Shown here in pieces: positions 20,573 through 30,837 of a stretch of DNA of 64,000 nt. Below the pieces are notes generated by a model that did not search any database, was not told the origin of the DNA, and saw nothing but the letters and a program-made list of their open reading frames with translations. The stretch's first letter is position 1. Every line of letters begins with the position of its first letter. Both the position numbers and the translations under genes were made by a program. The stretch is from Planctomycetaceae bacterium. Lineage in GTDB: Bacteria; Planctomycetota; Planctomycetia; Pirellulales; UBA7805. The stretch spans positions 19,879-83,878 of the forward strand of contig CACOUL010000004.1 in the NCBI GenBank assembly GCA_902630355.1, given 5' to 3'.

Positions 20573-21499
20573 TCAGCCCCAAAGGCGGCCCCTCCAGCGC
20601 TGCAAACGACGCGTCCATTTTGTTCTTGCGTAGCGTGCGCGATGGGCAAATCGATCTCGACCGGTAACCCGACGTGGCGACTCGGAAGATTCGACAATCT
20701 GCCGCAACCGCTCTCGGATGCGTTCGGGCCGGGCAAAGTCGGGAAAGGAATCCTCGGGGTACCTCGGTTGGCGGATAACCTCGAGGTAGGCATCATCGTT
20801 CTGATCAAGTTCAATGATGCGATCAATCACCGCGTCATTGCTCCCAAGATCGTGGTAATTGATAAAGCTGGCAGGATTAAAGTCTCGACCTACCTCCGGG
20901 TTTCCCCAATAAATTGGCAAGGAATCGGCAGCGAACGCGTCGGCAATCTTTTCGGTGACATAACCTGGATACGAACTGTTTTCGTAGGCAATCGTGAATT
21001 TATATTGCCGCAGAAAGGCGTGTTTGTCATCGATGCGTTGGCCTAGATTATTCTTGTAACGCCCCCCGGAATCAACCATTTTATACCGACTCAGCTTAGC
21101 GAAGAGTTCGTTTCGCAGACGGCACGAGGGATTCGAGTAAACGAAATTGCAAAAGCGATCTTTGGTGCGCAAGGCCTTTTCCGGATCCCATTCTGCCGGG
21201 ACCTGGATGTTGCCCCACAGTGCCAAGGGGAAGCGATAGTTCCTCGGATCATCAAGATAGTCGAACGAAAATGCATAATCGCAGACGTCGAAATCGGGAC
21301 GTATATTTTCGCCGGTGATAAATACCTTGCGGCATTCATAATGCAAATGGTCCGTACCGAACGGCAAGAAAAAAAGAATGTCCGGCTGATCGGAGTACGA
21401 CAGCTCATACATCTCTGCGAGAAGTTCGCTGAACAGATTGCGCTGGCTATTCCATCCGCGATAGTAGTCGGTAAATTTGATTTTGAGCGGCGGCTTCAT
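20573..21499 (-). CDS. Alpha-1,3-fucosyltransferase (GT10)
   Basis: FITGEN, FCNFVYSNP, YKFTIAYENS..PGYVTEKI..A..ADSLPIYWG (GT10 signature). Confidence 0.9.
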   Translation of the reverse strand: MKPPLKIKFTDYYRGWNSQRNLFSELLAEMYELSYSDQPDILFFLPFGTDHLHYECRKVFITGENIRPDFDVCDYAFSFDYLDDPRNYRFPLALWGNIQVPAEWDPEKALRTKDRFCNFVYSNPSCRLRNELFAKLSRYKMVDSGGRYKNNLGQRIDDKHAFLRQYKFTIAYENSSYPGYVTEKIADAFAADSLPIYWGNPEVGRDFNPASFINYHDLGSNDAVIDRIIELDQNDDAYLEVIRQPRYPEDSFPDFARPERIRERLRQIVESSESPRRVTGRDRFAHRARYARTKWTRRLQRWRGRLWG

Positions 21500-21674
21500 C
21501 TGATCGACTCTTTCCAAAGGAGAACTTGTCCTCACCGCAAAGCGGTCGCGAGGCAAGAATCCACAGTCGATCTATTCTAGAAGCATCCGCGGCAATTCGC
21601 GAAGAGCGATTCGGCACCTTCATCGGGATAAGGGGTAGCCGGTCGTTTCCCCGCCTTAATCCGACAACCGTGCT

Positions 21675-22646
21675 TTACAGGCAACAGTCGTCACACGGAT
21701 CGCAGCACGGCTTGCATACGGGAACCCTCACGGTTTCAGGAACCATCTTGCAAACTTGGACCTGAACCGGTTTCTGAACCTGATGCGGGACACAGACCTT
21801 GTAGGTCTCGACCCGTTTTTCAGGGATCATCCGATACGTGGTGACGTTGTAGGTCCGCTGCTGCTTTTGCGGCACCATACAGGTGTAGCGAACCTGACGC
21901 GTCATGGGTACGCACTCGGTTTCGCAAACCTGCACATTCCTTTCACGTGTCTCCATCCGATAGTTACAGACTCTCACCGTGCGCGTTCGCACTTCGGGTT
22001 TACAAACTGTAACCTGGTATTGGTAAGGCTCCCGGACCTGTTCGGTCTTGTAGCATGTGACGGGAACTTGCTCGGAAACCATCTTCGGTACATACACCGG
22101 TCGGCATACGGTGCGCGTCACAGCGCGACCGCAAGGATCACATGCGGGAACCTGTGTGGCTTGGTTGACCCAGCACCCCGCATCGCGACATACGGTCTTC
22201 ATGACGGTGACCGGCACCTTGCGACAGGTGGTACGATAGGCTTGACGCACTTCGACCTGAGGCACTTGGACCGTGTAAGATTGCGGAACCTCCTGCCAGA
22301 CAGGGACTCGCACCTGGTAGGTCTGCGCAACGGTTCGCGTGACCGGTCGCATCACGGTATATTTTTCGACGCGGGTCCGTTGTTCGGGAACCATCACGGT
22401 CACATCACAAGAACGAGCAGACGTTTCTGCAACGCGTTTGTATACCGTGTATTCGCGCTCTCTCGTTTCGTTCCGATATTCCGTCACGGTACACATCTTC
22501 GTTTCGGTCACCATCTGCGGGCGCATGACGGTCCGTTCGATGTACTGGGGAGATGAGGCCGCCTCGGGCTCAGCGGTCCCTTGAGCAAATGCGCTCAAAC
22601 CGGTAGTCGCAGCAGTCAGGAAAATGACGCAGATTTTAATTTTCAC
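21675..22646 (-). CDS. YTV-repeat Val/Thr/Cys-rich secreted envelope protein
   Basis: Signal peptide (AFA); repeats of about 14 aa (EYTVYKRV, KYTVMRPV, SYTVQVPQ); Cys-rich C-terminus; RBS GGAG. Confidence 0.85.
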   Translation of the reverse strand: MKIKICVIFLTAATTGLSAFAQGTAEPEAASSPQYIERTVMRPQMVTETKMCTVTEYRNETREREYTVYKRVAETSARSCDVTVMVPEQRTRVEKYTVMRPVTRTVAQTYQVRVPVWQEVPQSYTVQVPQVEVRQAYRTTCRKVPVTVMKTVCRDAGCWVNQATQVPACDPCGRAVTRTVCRPVYVPKMVSEQVPVTCYKTEQVREPYQYQVTVCKPEVRTRTVRVCNYRMETRERNVQVCETECVPMTRQVRYTCMVPQKQQRTYNVTTYRMIPEKRVETYKVCVPHQVQKPVQVQVCKMVPETVRVPVCKPCCDPCDDCCL

Positions 22647-22734
22647 GGCGAGACTCCACTTCGGGGGCGAGGTTTCTCAGAGACGCGTCTTGGTCACCAG
22701 ACAAAGTATCAATATATTCCGATACGTTCCTGTC

Positions 22735-22763
22735 AAGCTAATTGCAATCCGGGGGACTGTCAA
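22735..22763 (-). promoter_or_regulatory. Candidate sigma70 promoter of the YTV gene
   Basis: TTGACA-17 nt-TAGCTT on the minus strand; a second TTGACA 27 bp downstream. Confidence 0.5.
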
Positions 22764-23003
22764 GTATTCGAGTCCCTCCCGACCGTGCCGCGAAGGGAAT
22801 CTCACCACAAAATCATCCGGTTGTAATTGTTATGCCGATGAGAGCATCGCGCACGATCGAAGAAAAACTACCGATTATTGAGGGAGGCGACTGCCTTCAA
22901 CTCACATGATGCTGCGTGCTAGCACCGGCAGAAGAATCATCTTGCACTCGTGAGGGCCGCACCGGCGAGGTGCGCGCAAACGCAGACTGGATCGACTCGT
23001 ATT

Positions 23004-23195
23004 TCAGATGAATGACTCGTCGGAAATTAAGCTCACCGGTCGATTCCAGGCAGCATCGTAATCTTTCGCTTCGATATCGAATTCGTATTCTTTCAGTTCG
23101 AGATACATTACGACGCACGCTAAAACCAATGCCACAAATGCAACGATCAGCATCATGGTATAAATTGTTGCTCGCTGTTTTTCCGATGATTTCAC
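23004..23195 (-). CDS. Small single-pass membrane protein
   Basis: 63 aa, one TM (IYTMMLIVAFVALVLACVVMYLE), GAGGAG RBS. Confidence 0.75.
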   Translation of the reverse strand: MKSSEKQRATIYTMMLIVAFVALVLACVVMYLELKEYEFDIEAKDYDAAWNRPVSLISDESFI

Positions 23196-23291
23196 AGAAC
23201 TACCACTCCTCTTTCGCGGAGAGTGATGATGGTTTTTTTCAAACTCAAAGCGGAAAACAATCTTTCCACCGCGCTAAAAATTCGCCGGATG

Positions 23292-24185
23292 CTAGGACGA
23301 GAGGTCTGCTGTAAATTTTAAATTCCGTCGCGTCTCCACTCGGTCACGCGCGCGAATCTCGCCCTGCTGGCGGCTTCGGTCGACTCGTCCGACCGATTTG
23401 TCGGGCGCAGTGCGAACAATTTCGATCTGCCCCAGATACTGACCACCCCTGTATACTTCCATCTTATTTCCCTGCCGGATTCCATCGTCACTCCCGACGG
23501 TGACCTCGACATAGATGTTATCTTTCATCCGTTTCACCGCGGTAATCACTCCATCGATCGGCGGAGGCGTATCATCAACTGGGGTGTTTTTGGTGAGATC
23601 GTTAGCCTGTAGTACCCGCTCCGCCAAGGCAAGTTCCTCGAGCAATTGACCTTTGCGTTCCTCCAACCGCTTTAATTCGCCCTGCGCCTGATGCAATTGC
23701 TCAGTTTGAATGAGATATTTTTCTAGCTGCTCATCAATGACACCACGGGTCGTGGCAATATCGACCCGCATTTTCTCATTCTCTTCGCGAAGCGCCTCGA
23801 GGACGTCTTGCTGCGCTTGGACTTTCGCCAGCAAGTCACTGAGCTCTCGTGTCTTCTCAACATAAGTGTCTTCCAGCTGAGCATTCTCGTCTTGCAGTCG
23901 TCCGTATTCGGCCTCGAGTTTTGCAATCTCTTGCCGTTTTGCCGCTTCCTGCGTCGCGATTTGATTCTGCAGATTTTCTTTTTGAGCCTGCAGCTCTACA
24001 TTTTTTCGTTTTTCGTCTTCGAGTCGCTTTTTCCAACCTATCTTCTCGCCACGTGGCCCTACATCTTGACGAAGCACTTCATCACGCCAATTCTTATGAG
24101 TCGCGTAAATCATGACCGCGAAAGACATGAAAACCACGCTCATACAGAAGATGAGGAAGACAAATATTTTTCCGACGAGGTTCAT
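23292..24185 (-). CDS. Membrane-anchored coiled-coil protein with C-terminal beta domain
   Basis: N-terminal TM, long heptad-rich region, C-terminal VEVTVGSDDGIRQG..VYRG..YLG; GGAGG RBS. Confidence 0.8.
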   Translation of the reverse strand: MNLVGKIFVFLIFCMSVVFMSFAVMIYATHKNWRDEVLRQDVGPRGEKIGWKKRLEDEKRKNVELQAQKENLQNQIATQEAAKRQEIAKLEAEYGRLQDENAQLEDTYVEKTRELSDLLAKVQAQQDVLEALREENEKMRVDIATTRGVIDEQLEKYLIQTEQLHQAQGELKRLEERKGQLLEELALAERVLQANDLTKNTPVDDTPPPIDGVITAVKRMKDNIYVEVTVGSDDGIRQGNKMEVYRGGQYLGQIEIVRTAPDKSVGRVDRSRQQGEIRARDRVETRRNLKFTADLSS

Positions 24186-24259
24186 CGAACCCCTCCTTGA
24201 AACCTTCTGCGGGCCAGCGATGCCAGCCAAAGAAGTCAAAAAACGAGGATATTATTAGA

Positions 24260-24289
24260 AGTATACGTATGTCTTAAATCGACTGTCAA
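24260..24289 (-). promoter_or_regulatory. Candidate sigma70 promoter
   Basis: TTGACA-18 nt-TATACT on the minus strand, upstream of 24185. Confidence 0.55.
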
Positions 24290-24457
24290 ACAAACCTAAT
24301 GTGCTAGAAATTCTAATCGGGGCTCTGATCCGTATAAACGGCAAAACCGTTACCAAAAAAACCCCACTTTTGGCCCCTTTGCCGACTGCCGCATCCAATT
24401 TTCTGCAATTTTCATCCCGCCGACCCGACCCCCCGTGACTGTTTTCCACCATTTTCT

Positions 24458-26194
24458 TCAGGTGGTCTGTCGCCGCAGAGCTGAAAACAGACTCCGGACG
24501 AGTAAAAACAAGATAAAAATCGTACAGCTCGCTCCGAGGATGTCGCCTGCCCGCAGATAAAAACTTTCCAGCGGTTCGAGTTGCGGTCGCACAAAGAGCA
24601 CTTTCGCTTTACGACGCGGACCTTGAGAGGAAACCCGCCCCCTGCCATCGATCGAAGCCGAGAATCCCGTGTTTGCGGCAATCAAAAGTGGTAAGCGGAA
24701 CTCGACCGCTCGAAAGACGCCGCAAATCAAATGCATATCGAGTGCCGCCGATCCCCAGAACCATCCATCGTTCGTTTGACTCAACAGGACATCGGGAGAC
24801 TGTTCCTTCATCTCGAGTTCGAGCAGTTGGCCGCGGATCACATGCGGCAACACGGTTTCATAACAGATACTCGGCGCAAAGCGGGTACCGGAAATTTCGT
24901 AAACTGTCGCTTCCTTACCGGGGGTCAAACCTCCCGGTAATGGAGTCCATTGATAGAGCGAAGGAAAGTATTCGCCCCACGGAACGTACTCGCCAAACAT
25001 CACAAGATGCATCTTGTGATACTGATCCAGGACCTCTCCTTGCTCTCCCAATAAGAGCGACGCGTTGTAGCGATCCACCCGGCCGTCTCCGTAGTGTTCC
25101 GCATCGGTTCCCACAACAAGAGAGATGGGAGAGGCATCGGGTTTATGCATTCTACGGATGCGCTGAATCTCCCTGCCGAGATCTTGAATCTCACGCTGCG
25201 AATGCGTCTTCAGCCGATGGACCACCTGGGGAAGTTGCCTCGCCGCCTCCAACAACTCGGCCTCCTCACGATCCATAATGCCCCAGGAAATCATCTCGCT
25301 CGCGGGGAGCCATGCGTGCTGGTCGATCTCGATCTGCGGTATCGTCGCCATCGATTCGGGCCAGACGACCATCGCAAGTGGCCCGGGGTCTGCAAGCGCT
25401 TCGCGCGTCAACTCCCAGTACTGCTGAGCGATCATCCGCTGCGATTCTTGTGGGTCACGATCGAAATGTGTGTCGATGTTCCCCTGAATAAGTGCCACGC
25501 GAGGCCCCAAACGCCCGGCAGGTGCTTCGAGTTTCTGATGACCGTAGTAGAGGGCAAGTACCATTGCCGCTGCAACTGCGGCGACTGGCCAGACTGCGCG
25601 GTTCGACCCACCATAGCCGATAATGCTCGTTAGACCCGCTGTGGCAAACATCATCAAAAAACTCAACCCGTAACTTCCCAGCAGGTCGCTCATCTGAATG
25701 ATGGCGAGCCAACCATGCTGAGTATGTGCCAAGGCCCCCATCAAAAATCCAGTGATGATGTGGGCTCGAATGAATTCCAAGCCGGTCCAGACGAGTGGTG
25801 CGGCAAACAGGAGCGGAATTCGCAACTGATGAACGGCAACACGGGAAAGAAAGACGAAGGCGGGAAGGTAGCAACCCAAGTAGGTGGTCAGGGCAAGCCA
25901 TCCAAAGATGGCCGCCACGTGAGGAAGCATAATCCAATAAAAGGTCGCGCCATAAAAAAGCCAACCAATGGCATACAGGATGAGATACGGACGACGACCC
26001 GACAGCTTTGAGGTACGAATCAGGAGCAACCATCCGCACGGGGCCAACCAAGCGAGCAGTCCCCAGTCGACTGGAGGAAAAGCAAGCCAAAGCAGGATGC
26101 CGCTTGCAAGTCCCAGCATCCACGTCGAATGGAACCAACGTGGTGGTAATCCGAGGGCATTATCCGACGCCCGCTCCGTCTTTTCGCTTCTCAT
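24458..26194 (-). CDS. lnt: Apolipoprotein N-acyltransferase
   Basis: LAFPP, IQGNI, VWPES, YHKMHLVMFGEYVP, SICYE, TNDGWF, AANTGFS; start approximate. Confidence 0.95.
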   Translation of the reverse strand: MRSEKTERASDNALGLPPRWFHSTWMLGLASGILLWLAFPPVDWGLLAWLAPCGWLLLIRTSKLSGRRPYLILYAIGWLFYGATFYWIMLPHVAAIFGWLALTTYLGCYLPAFVFLSRVAVHQLRIPLLFAAPLVWTGLEFIRAHIITGFLMGALAHTQHGWLAIIQMSDLLGSYGLSFLMMFATAGLTSIIGYGGSNRAVWPVAAVAAAMVLALYYGHQKLEAPAGRLGPRVALIQGNIDTHFDRDPQESQRMIAQQYWELTREALADPGPLAMVVWPESMATIPQIEIDQHAWLPASEMISWGIMDREEAELLEAARQLPQVVHRLKTHSQREIQDLGREIQRIRRMHKPDASPISLVVGTDAEHYGDGRVDRYNASLLLGEQGEVLDQYHKMHLVMFGEYVPWGEYFPSLYQWTPLPGGLTPGKEATVYEISGTRFAPSICYETVLPHVIRGQLLELEMKEQSPDVLLSQTNDGWFWGSAALDMHLICGVFRAVEFRLPLLIAANTGFSASIDGRGRVSSQGPRRKAKVLFVRPQLEPLESFYLRAGDILGASCTIFILFLLVRSLFSALRRQTT

Positions 26195-26305
26195 GCTCGT
26201 AGTCCTGGCACTTGTAATCGGCAAACGCGTTTACCGAACGCCTCAGGGAAACCATAAAGGGGCGGAACGATTCCGACCATAGCGGTTTGGAGAGGGCGCC
26301 GTTTC

Positions 26306-27550
26306 TCAGTCGAGCGGTAAAAAGGCGACCCGCGCTTTCGCCTCATAGGCAACCGTGCTTGGCGGAAAGACGGCCAGTGCATTGGCCTCGCTCAGTGCTC
26401 TGAGATCTGCTGACCCCTGCCAGCGAACGCATTTGAGCATGGGCCCCTGGGGGTTCCAAAAAAGCTGCGCGGGGTGATACACGGCCCGATCGCCCACCCG
26501 ATCAAACCGATCGGTTAAGGTAGCCGTCGGCAGAGAAGCGTGATCAAGCGACTCTCCCCCCATCTTTTTCAGCGCACTATTAACAAAGAGATGGAAACAG
26601 ACAAAACTGCTCACCGGATTTCCGGGGAGTCCAAACACGAGAGTCTGTCGCGCATTTCCTGCCTTACCGAACCAAAGGGGCTTACCCGGTTTGACGCGCA
26701 CCTTATGAAAAATAGTCCGTACACCGAGGTCCTCCAAAACCTGGGGCACAAAATCGCGCGTGCCGGCAGAAACGCCCCCCGAGAGAATCAGTACATCGGC
26801 TTGTAGTCCGCATTCGATCATTTGCCGCAATACTTCCGGTTCATCACGTCCGATGCCGAGGTCGGTCACATCCAGACCGAGTTGCCGGCCGCAGGCGATG
26901 AGCATCGGTCCATTGCTATTGCGAATTTTTCCCGGCCCCGGGAGTAAACCGGGAGCGACTAATTCATCTCCGGTCGGCAGTACCGCAAGCGTGGGCTTGG
27001 ATACCACGCGAACTTCCTCGCGACCCATCTGCGCGAGCAAACCGATATCGGCGGAGCGCAACCGCGTTCCGGCAACAAGCACTCCCTGGCCGCGAACGAG
27101 TGATGTTCCCCGGGGCATCACATTTTGCCCTTCTTTCACCGACTTGGTGTTGAATCGGGCAACACCAAGCGGGATACCCGGCTCATCGAGAACATCGACT
27201 TGTTCCGTCATCACCACCGCATCGGCCCCCCGCGGTATGGCAACTCCGGTCATCACGCGGACCGTCCGACCGGCTTGCACCTCACACGTTGGAACCTGAC
27301 CGGCGGTTACCTCCTCCACAATTTCCAATTCCACCACACTGCCTTCAGGCTGCAACCCGCGAATCGCAAAGTCTGAGGAGCGGACAGCGTATCCATCCAC
27401 AATCGACTGGTCACGTTGAGGCACATCCTGATCACTTACGATGTCTTCATTCAGCACGAAATCAAGCGCGCGATCCACGGCAAGGAGTTCGGATTTTCGC
27501 GGCGTCACCTCGCATTGGATCGCCTCGAGTGCCTCTTGGACCGAAATCAT
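26306..27550 (-). CDS. moeA: Molybdopterin molybdotransferase MoeA
   Basis: SIVDGYAV, VMTG..IPRGADAVVM, TGDEL, SGGVSAG, KPGKP, GLPGNPVS. Confidence 0.95.
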   Translation of the reverse strand: MISVQEALEAIQCEVTPRKSELLAVDRALDFVLNEDIVSDQDVPQRDQSIVDGYAVRSSDFAIRGLQPEGSVVELEIVEEVTAGQVPTCEVQAGRTVRVMTGVAIPRGADAVVMTEQVDVLDEPGIPLGVARFNTKSVKEGQNVMPRGTSLVRGQGVLVAGTRLRSADIGLLAQMGREEVRVVSKPTLAVLPTGDELVAPGLLPGPGKIRNSNGPMLIACGRQLGLDVTDLGIGRDEPEVLRQMIECGLQADVLILSGGVSAGTRDFVPQVLEDLGVRTIFHKVRVKPGKPLWFGKAGNARQTLVFGLPGNPVSSFVCFHLFVNSALKKMGGESLDHASLPTATLTDRFDRVGDRAVYHPAQLFWNPQGPMLKCVRWQGSADLRALSEANALAVFPPSTVAYEAKARVAFLPLD

Positions 27551-27600
27551 ATGTGCGAACGGAATCGAGCCCATCTTTCATTGATTCCACTGAGTGATCG

Positions 27601-28188
27601 CTACATGCTGACAGAAAGAAACTGACTGAGAATCGTGCTGCCATCAAGGGTCAAAAAACTTTCCGGATGGAATTGCAGTCCGAAGAGCGGATACTCTTGA
27701 TGTCGAATACCCATAATTTCTTTTTTTCCATCGCGATCGAATGACCACGCTGTCACTTCAAATTCCGGACTGAGGGTATCGGGTTCGACGATCAGACTAT
27801 GATAGCGGGTTGCCGTGATCGGACTTGGTAGCCCCGCAAAGAGCCCTTTGCCATCGTGGTGGATGTCATCGGTTTTACCATGCATCAATTGGCCGGCACG
27901 CACGATCTTGGCACCGAACGCCTGCGCAATCGATTGGTGCCCCAAACAGACTCCGAGCAATGGAATTTTACCCGCCAGTTGATCCGCTGCCTGCAGAGAG
28001 ATACCTGCTTCATTGGGCGTACATGGCCCTGGGGAGATAATCACATGCGACGGCTGGAGCGAGAAAATTTCGTCGACCGAAATCGCGTCATTCCGCCGCA
28101 CAAGAAGATTCAGATCGGGATCGTATTCGCCGAGTCTCTGTACGAGGTTGTACGTAAACGAGTCGTAGTTATCGATCAATAAAATCAT
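27601..28188 (-). CDS. Anthranilate/aminodeoxychorismate synthase component II (TrpG/PabA)
   Basis: [35 protein letters not shown]. Confidence 0.95.
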   Translation of the reverse strand: MILLIDNYDSFTYNLVQRLGEYDPDLNLLVRRNDAISVDEIFSLQPSHVIISPGPCTPNEAGISLQAADQLAGKIPLLGVCLGHQSIAQAFGAKIVRAGQLMHGKTDDIHHDGKGLFAGLPSPITATRYHSLIVEPDTLSPEFEVTAWSFDRDGKKEIMGIRHQEYPLFGLQFHPESFLTLDGSTILSQFLSVSM

Positions 28189-28374
28189 TGTCTAACTGAG
28201 CCAATCGCCTCTCGAAGGATGCGGTGATACGTGCAAAGGCGTCACCCTGATGAGAACCTCTATTATCTCGCAGAAAAAAAGATTCGCCAGGGTGGTACCT
28301 CGGGGACTCGCCTTACGTAAAGGAAGAAGCGTACAATGGGGGCAGACAAAAAACACTCAATTGCACGTTTTCTC

Positions 28375-29514
28375 ATGCCCACCACGAGCGACCCACTTCC
28401 CACATACGCTCTGCCCCCCTTCAAGGAGTCGGAGAACGCCGAACTATCGGCACGCATCGAAGCGGTTCGCCAAAAGTGGGGCGAGCGACTGGTGATTCTG
28501 GGGCACCACTATCAACAGGATGAAGTGATCGCACACAGCGATCTACGTGGGGATAGCCTGGGATTGAGCCAAAAGGCGGCAGCGAGTGAGCACTGCCGCG
28601 TCATCGCATTTTGCGGCGTTCACTTTATGGCGGAGACGGCCGACATTCTTGCCAATCGGCCCGAGAAACTCCAAGACCGCGGTGGCGAGCGCGTTTCGGT
28701 CTTGCTTCCCGACATGGCTGCCGGGTGTTCGATGGCCGATATGGCGGAAGTCGATCAAGTCGAGGCAGCGTGGTCCGAATTGAGTGAGCACGTCGACACA
28801 AAAAAAATAGTTCCCGTCACCTATATTAACTCAGCCGCATCGCTCAAAGCCTTTTGCGGGCGTCATGGCGGGATTGTCTGCACATCGAGCAATGCAGAGA
28901 GCGTCTTGCGATGGGCATTCGAACGTGGCGATCGCGTCTTCTTTTTTCCCGATCAACACTTGGGCCGGAACACGGCCATGTCGATGGGAATCGACCCCGC
29001 CGAGATGCCGGTCTGGGACCCGTATGCGGATTTCGGAGGGGGCAATGAAGCTGCCGAATTGCAGCAAAGTCGCGTCCTCCTCTGGAAAGGGCACTGCAGC
29101 GTGCATCAAATGTTCACTGCGGCCCACGTTGCCCAATTCCGACAACAGTACCCTCAAATAAAAATCTTGGTGCATCCCGAGTGTCCTCGTGAAGTATACG
29201 AAATTGCCGATGAAGCGGGCTCAACCGCGAAGATTATTGATGTGGTCCGCCAGGCCCCTGCCGGCACTCAATGGGCAATTGGCACCGAATTGCATTTGGT
29301 GAATCGCCTCAAACAGGAACATCCCGAGCAAGAGATTCACTTTCTCTCACCGGTGGTCTGCATGTGCGCTACCATGTACCGAATTGACCTGGCGCACCTT
29401 TGCTGGACGCTCGAAAATCTTGATGCGGGAACACCCGTCGGCACAATCGAGGTTGACCCTGAAATCGCCCGTTGGTCTTTAGTCGCACTCGAGCGCATGC
29501 TCGAGTTAAGTTGA
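28375..29514 (+). CDS. nadA: Quinolinate synthase NadA
   Basis: GHHYQ, GDSL, FCGVHFMAET, AGCSMAD, YINS, CTSSNA, GHCSVH, HPEC, CMCATM. Confidence 0.96.
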   Translation: MPTTSDPLPTYALPPFKESENAELSARIEAVRQKWGERLVILGHHYQQDEVIAHSDLRGDSLGLSQKAAASEHCRVIAFCGVHFMAETADILANRPEKLQDRGGERVSVLLPDMAAGCSMADMAEVDQVEAAWSELSEHVDTKKIVPVTYINSAASLKAFCGRHGGIVCTSSNAESVLRWAFERGDRVFFFPDQHLGRNTAMSMGIDPAEMPVWDPYADFGGGNEAAELQQSRVLLWKGHCSVHQMFTAAHVAQFRQQYPQIKILVHPECPREVYEIADEAGSTAKIIDVVRQAPAGTQWAIGTELHLVNRLKQEHPEQEIHFLSPVVCMCATMYRIDLAHLCWTLENLDAGTPVGTIEVDPEIARWSLVALERMLELS

Positions 29515-30636
29515 GGCCGGTGCTTCGCCAGGAACGTACGGGGTAGGGCGGTACTCGTGGTCCCTGCGTCGCTCGACCTGGGCCTTCAGAATTTTGTCGG
29601 CTTCGATCGAGGGGTCCATTTTTTTACTCGGATCGCGTCGCTGAAGTTTTGCAAGGACATCCATCCCGTCGGTGACTCGACCGAAAACAGTATGTTTTCC
29701 GTCGAGATGGCTGGTTGGCGTCAAACACAAAAAGAATTGCGAACCACCCGAGTGCGGCTCGGCCGAGCGGGCCATGCTAAGGCTCCCACGGAAGTGCCGA
29801 CGGGGATCTCCTTCGAGGCACTCGCTGCGAATCGTATATCCTGGACCACCCGTGCCATCTCCCTGAGGACATCCCCCTTGGACCACATGATGGGGAATCA
29901 CGCGGTGAAAGTCCAAACCATCATAAAATCCTTGATCGATGAGATGGATAAAATTAGCGACGGTTTCGGGTGCATCGTTTTCAAAAAGTTCTAATTCGAT
30001 GTCACCTTGCGAAGTGGAAAGTTTTACCCGTGGGAGATCGTCGGCAATCTGCTCTGCCTCCCGAATGCTTCGTTCTTCATTCCATGCAGCCTCCCGCACC
30101 GGAATGGCATCAAACAACTCTCGATTACGGCGAATGAGTGACTCTTTTTCATTTGCACGCTCCAAACAATCTCTTGCAACCTCGAATTGATTTGTCATGT
30201 ACGCGGCAACTCCGGTTGCCACTAAAATCGGACGTTCCTGATAGCCATTCTCCATCAGCAATTGCCCAATTCTCGCCATGCGTTCAAAGTCATCCAATGC
30301 CTCAAGCCCTATCAGGCGAACCTTTAGAAAGTTGGCAGCCTCTTTTTTCCTCTCACCGTTGTCTACCAACTCAGCTTCTGCAGCAGCGGTAAATTTCATC
30401 AATGCATCATTTCCGTCTCGGATCGCCTCCAGATAGCGAGCGCGGAGCGGGGCGACCTCTTCTCCTGCGGCCACTGCAAGTTGGTTGCGGATTTGCTGCA
30501 AGGATACAATTTTATCCTTCCATGCAGCGAGAGATTCGGTGTAGGCATCGTCGCCACTTTTCGCATTCACTTCCTGAAGCGGGATGGCGACAAACGCATA
30601 AAAAACAAAAATGGTCACAAAACGCAATAAATTCAT
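29506..30636 (-). CDS. Exported cyclophilin-type peptidyl-prolyl isomerase with helical N-terminal domain
   Basis: Signal peptide; APETVANF, FYDGLDFHRVI, QGG, LSMA, GSQFF, HLDGKHTVFG. Confidence 0.92.
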   Translation of the reverse strand: MNLLRFVTIFVFYAFVAIPLQEVNAKSGDDAYTESLAAWKDKIVSLQQIRNQLAVAAGEEVAPLRARYLEAIRDGNDALMKFTAAAEAELVDNGERKKEAANFLKVRLIGLEALDDFERMARIGQLLMENGYQERPILVATGVAAYMTNQFEVARDCLERANEKESLIRRNRELFDAIPVREAAWNEERSIREAEQIADDLPRVKLSTSQGDIELELFENDAPETVANFIHLIDQGFYDGLDFHRVIPHHVVQGGCPQGDGTGGPGYTIRSECLEGDPRRHFRGSLSMARSAEPHSGGSQFFLCLTPTSHLDGKHTVFGRVTDGMDVLAKLQRRDPSKKMDPSIEADKILKAQVERRRDHEYRPTPYVPGEAPAST

Positions 30637-30655
30637 CTCTTCACTCTCGGTACCG

Positions 30656-30739
30656 TGTCGTCGATGACGATGACACTGTCGTCGATGACACTGTGATGGA
30701 TATTAAAAAAATGATTCCGGCCATAATGATTCCGTCCAT
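30656..30739. repeat. Two adjacent short tandem duplications (15-bp period)
   Basis: CGATGACACTGT at 30668 and 30683; TGTCGTCGATGAC at 30656 and 30677; AATGATTCCG(G/T)CCAT at 30710 and 30725. Confidence 0.75.
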
Positions 30740-30837
30740 GAGGCCACTCCCTATCATTCAACTATCGCCTATCGATCGTTGCAAGGCTCTGTACAATAGA
30801 AAAGTCTCCGTCCGACCGGCCAAAGAAAATAAATTCC

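Noticed and set aside
28189-28374. Possible NAD+ riboswitch upstream of nadA
   Set aside because: No recognisable conserved aptamer sequence or structure by eye; a covariance search would be needed.
30656-30739. Possible mini-CRISPR array
   Set aside because: Units are 15 bp, adjacent, without spacers, and no cas genes are present.
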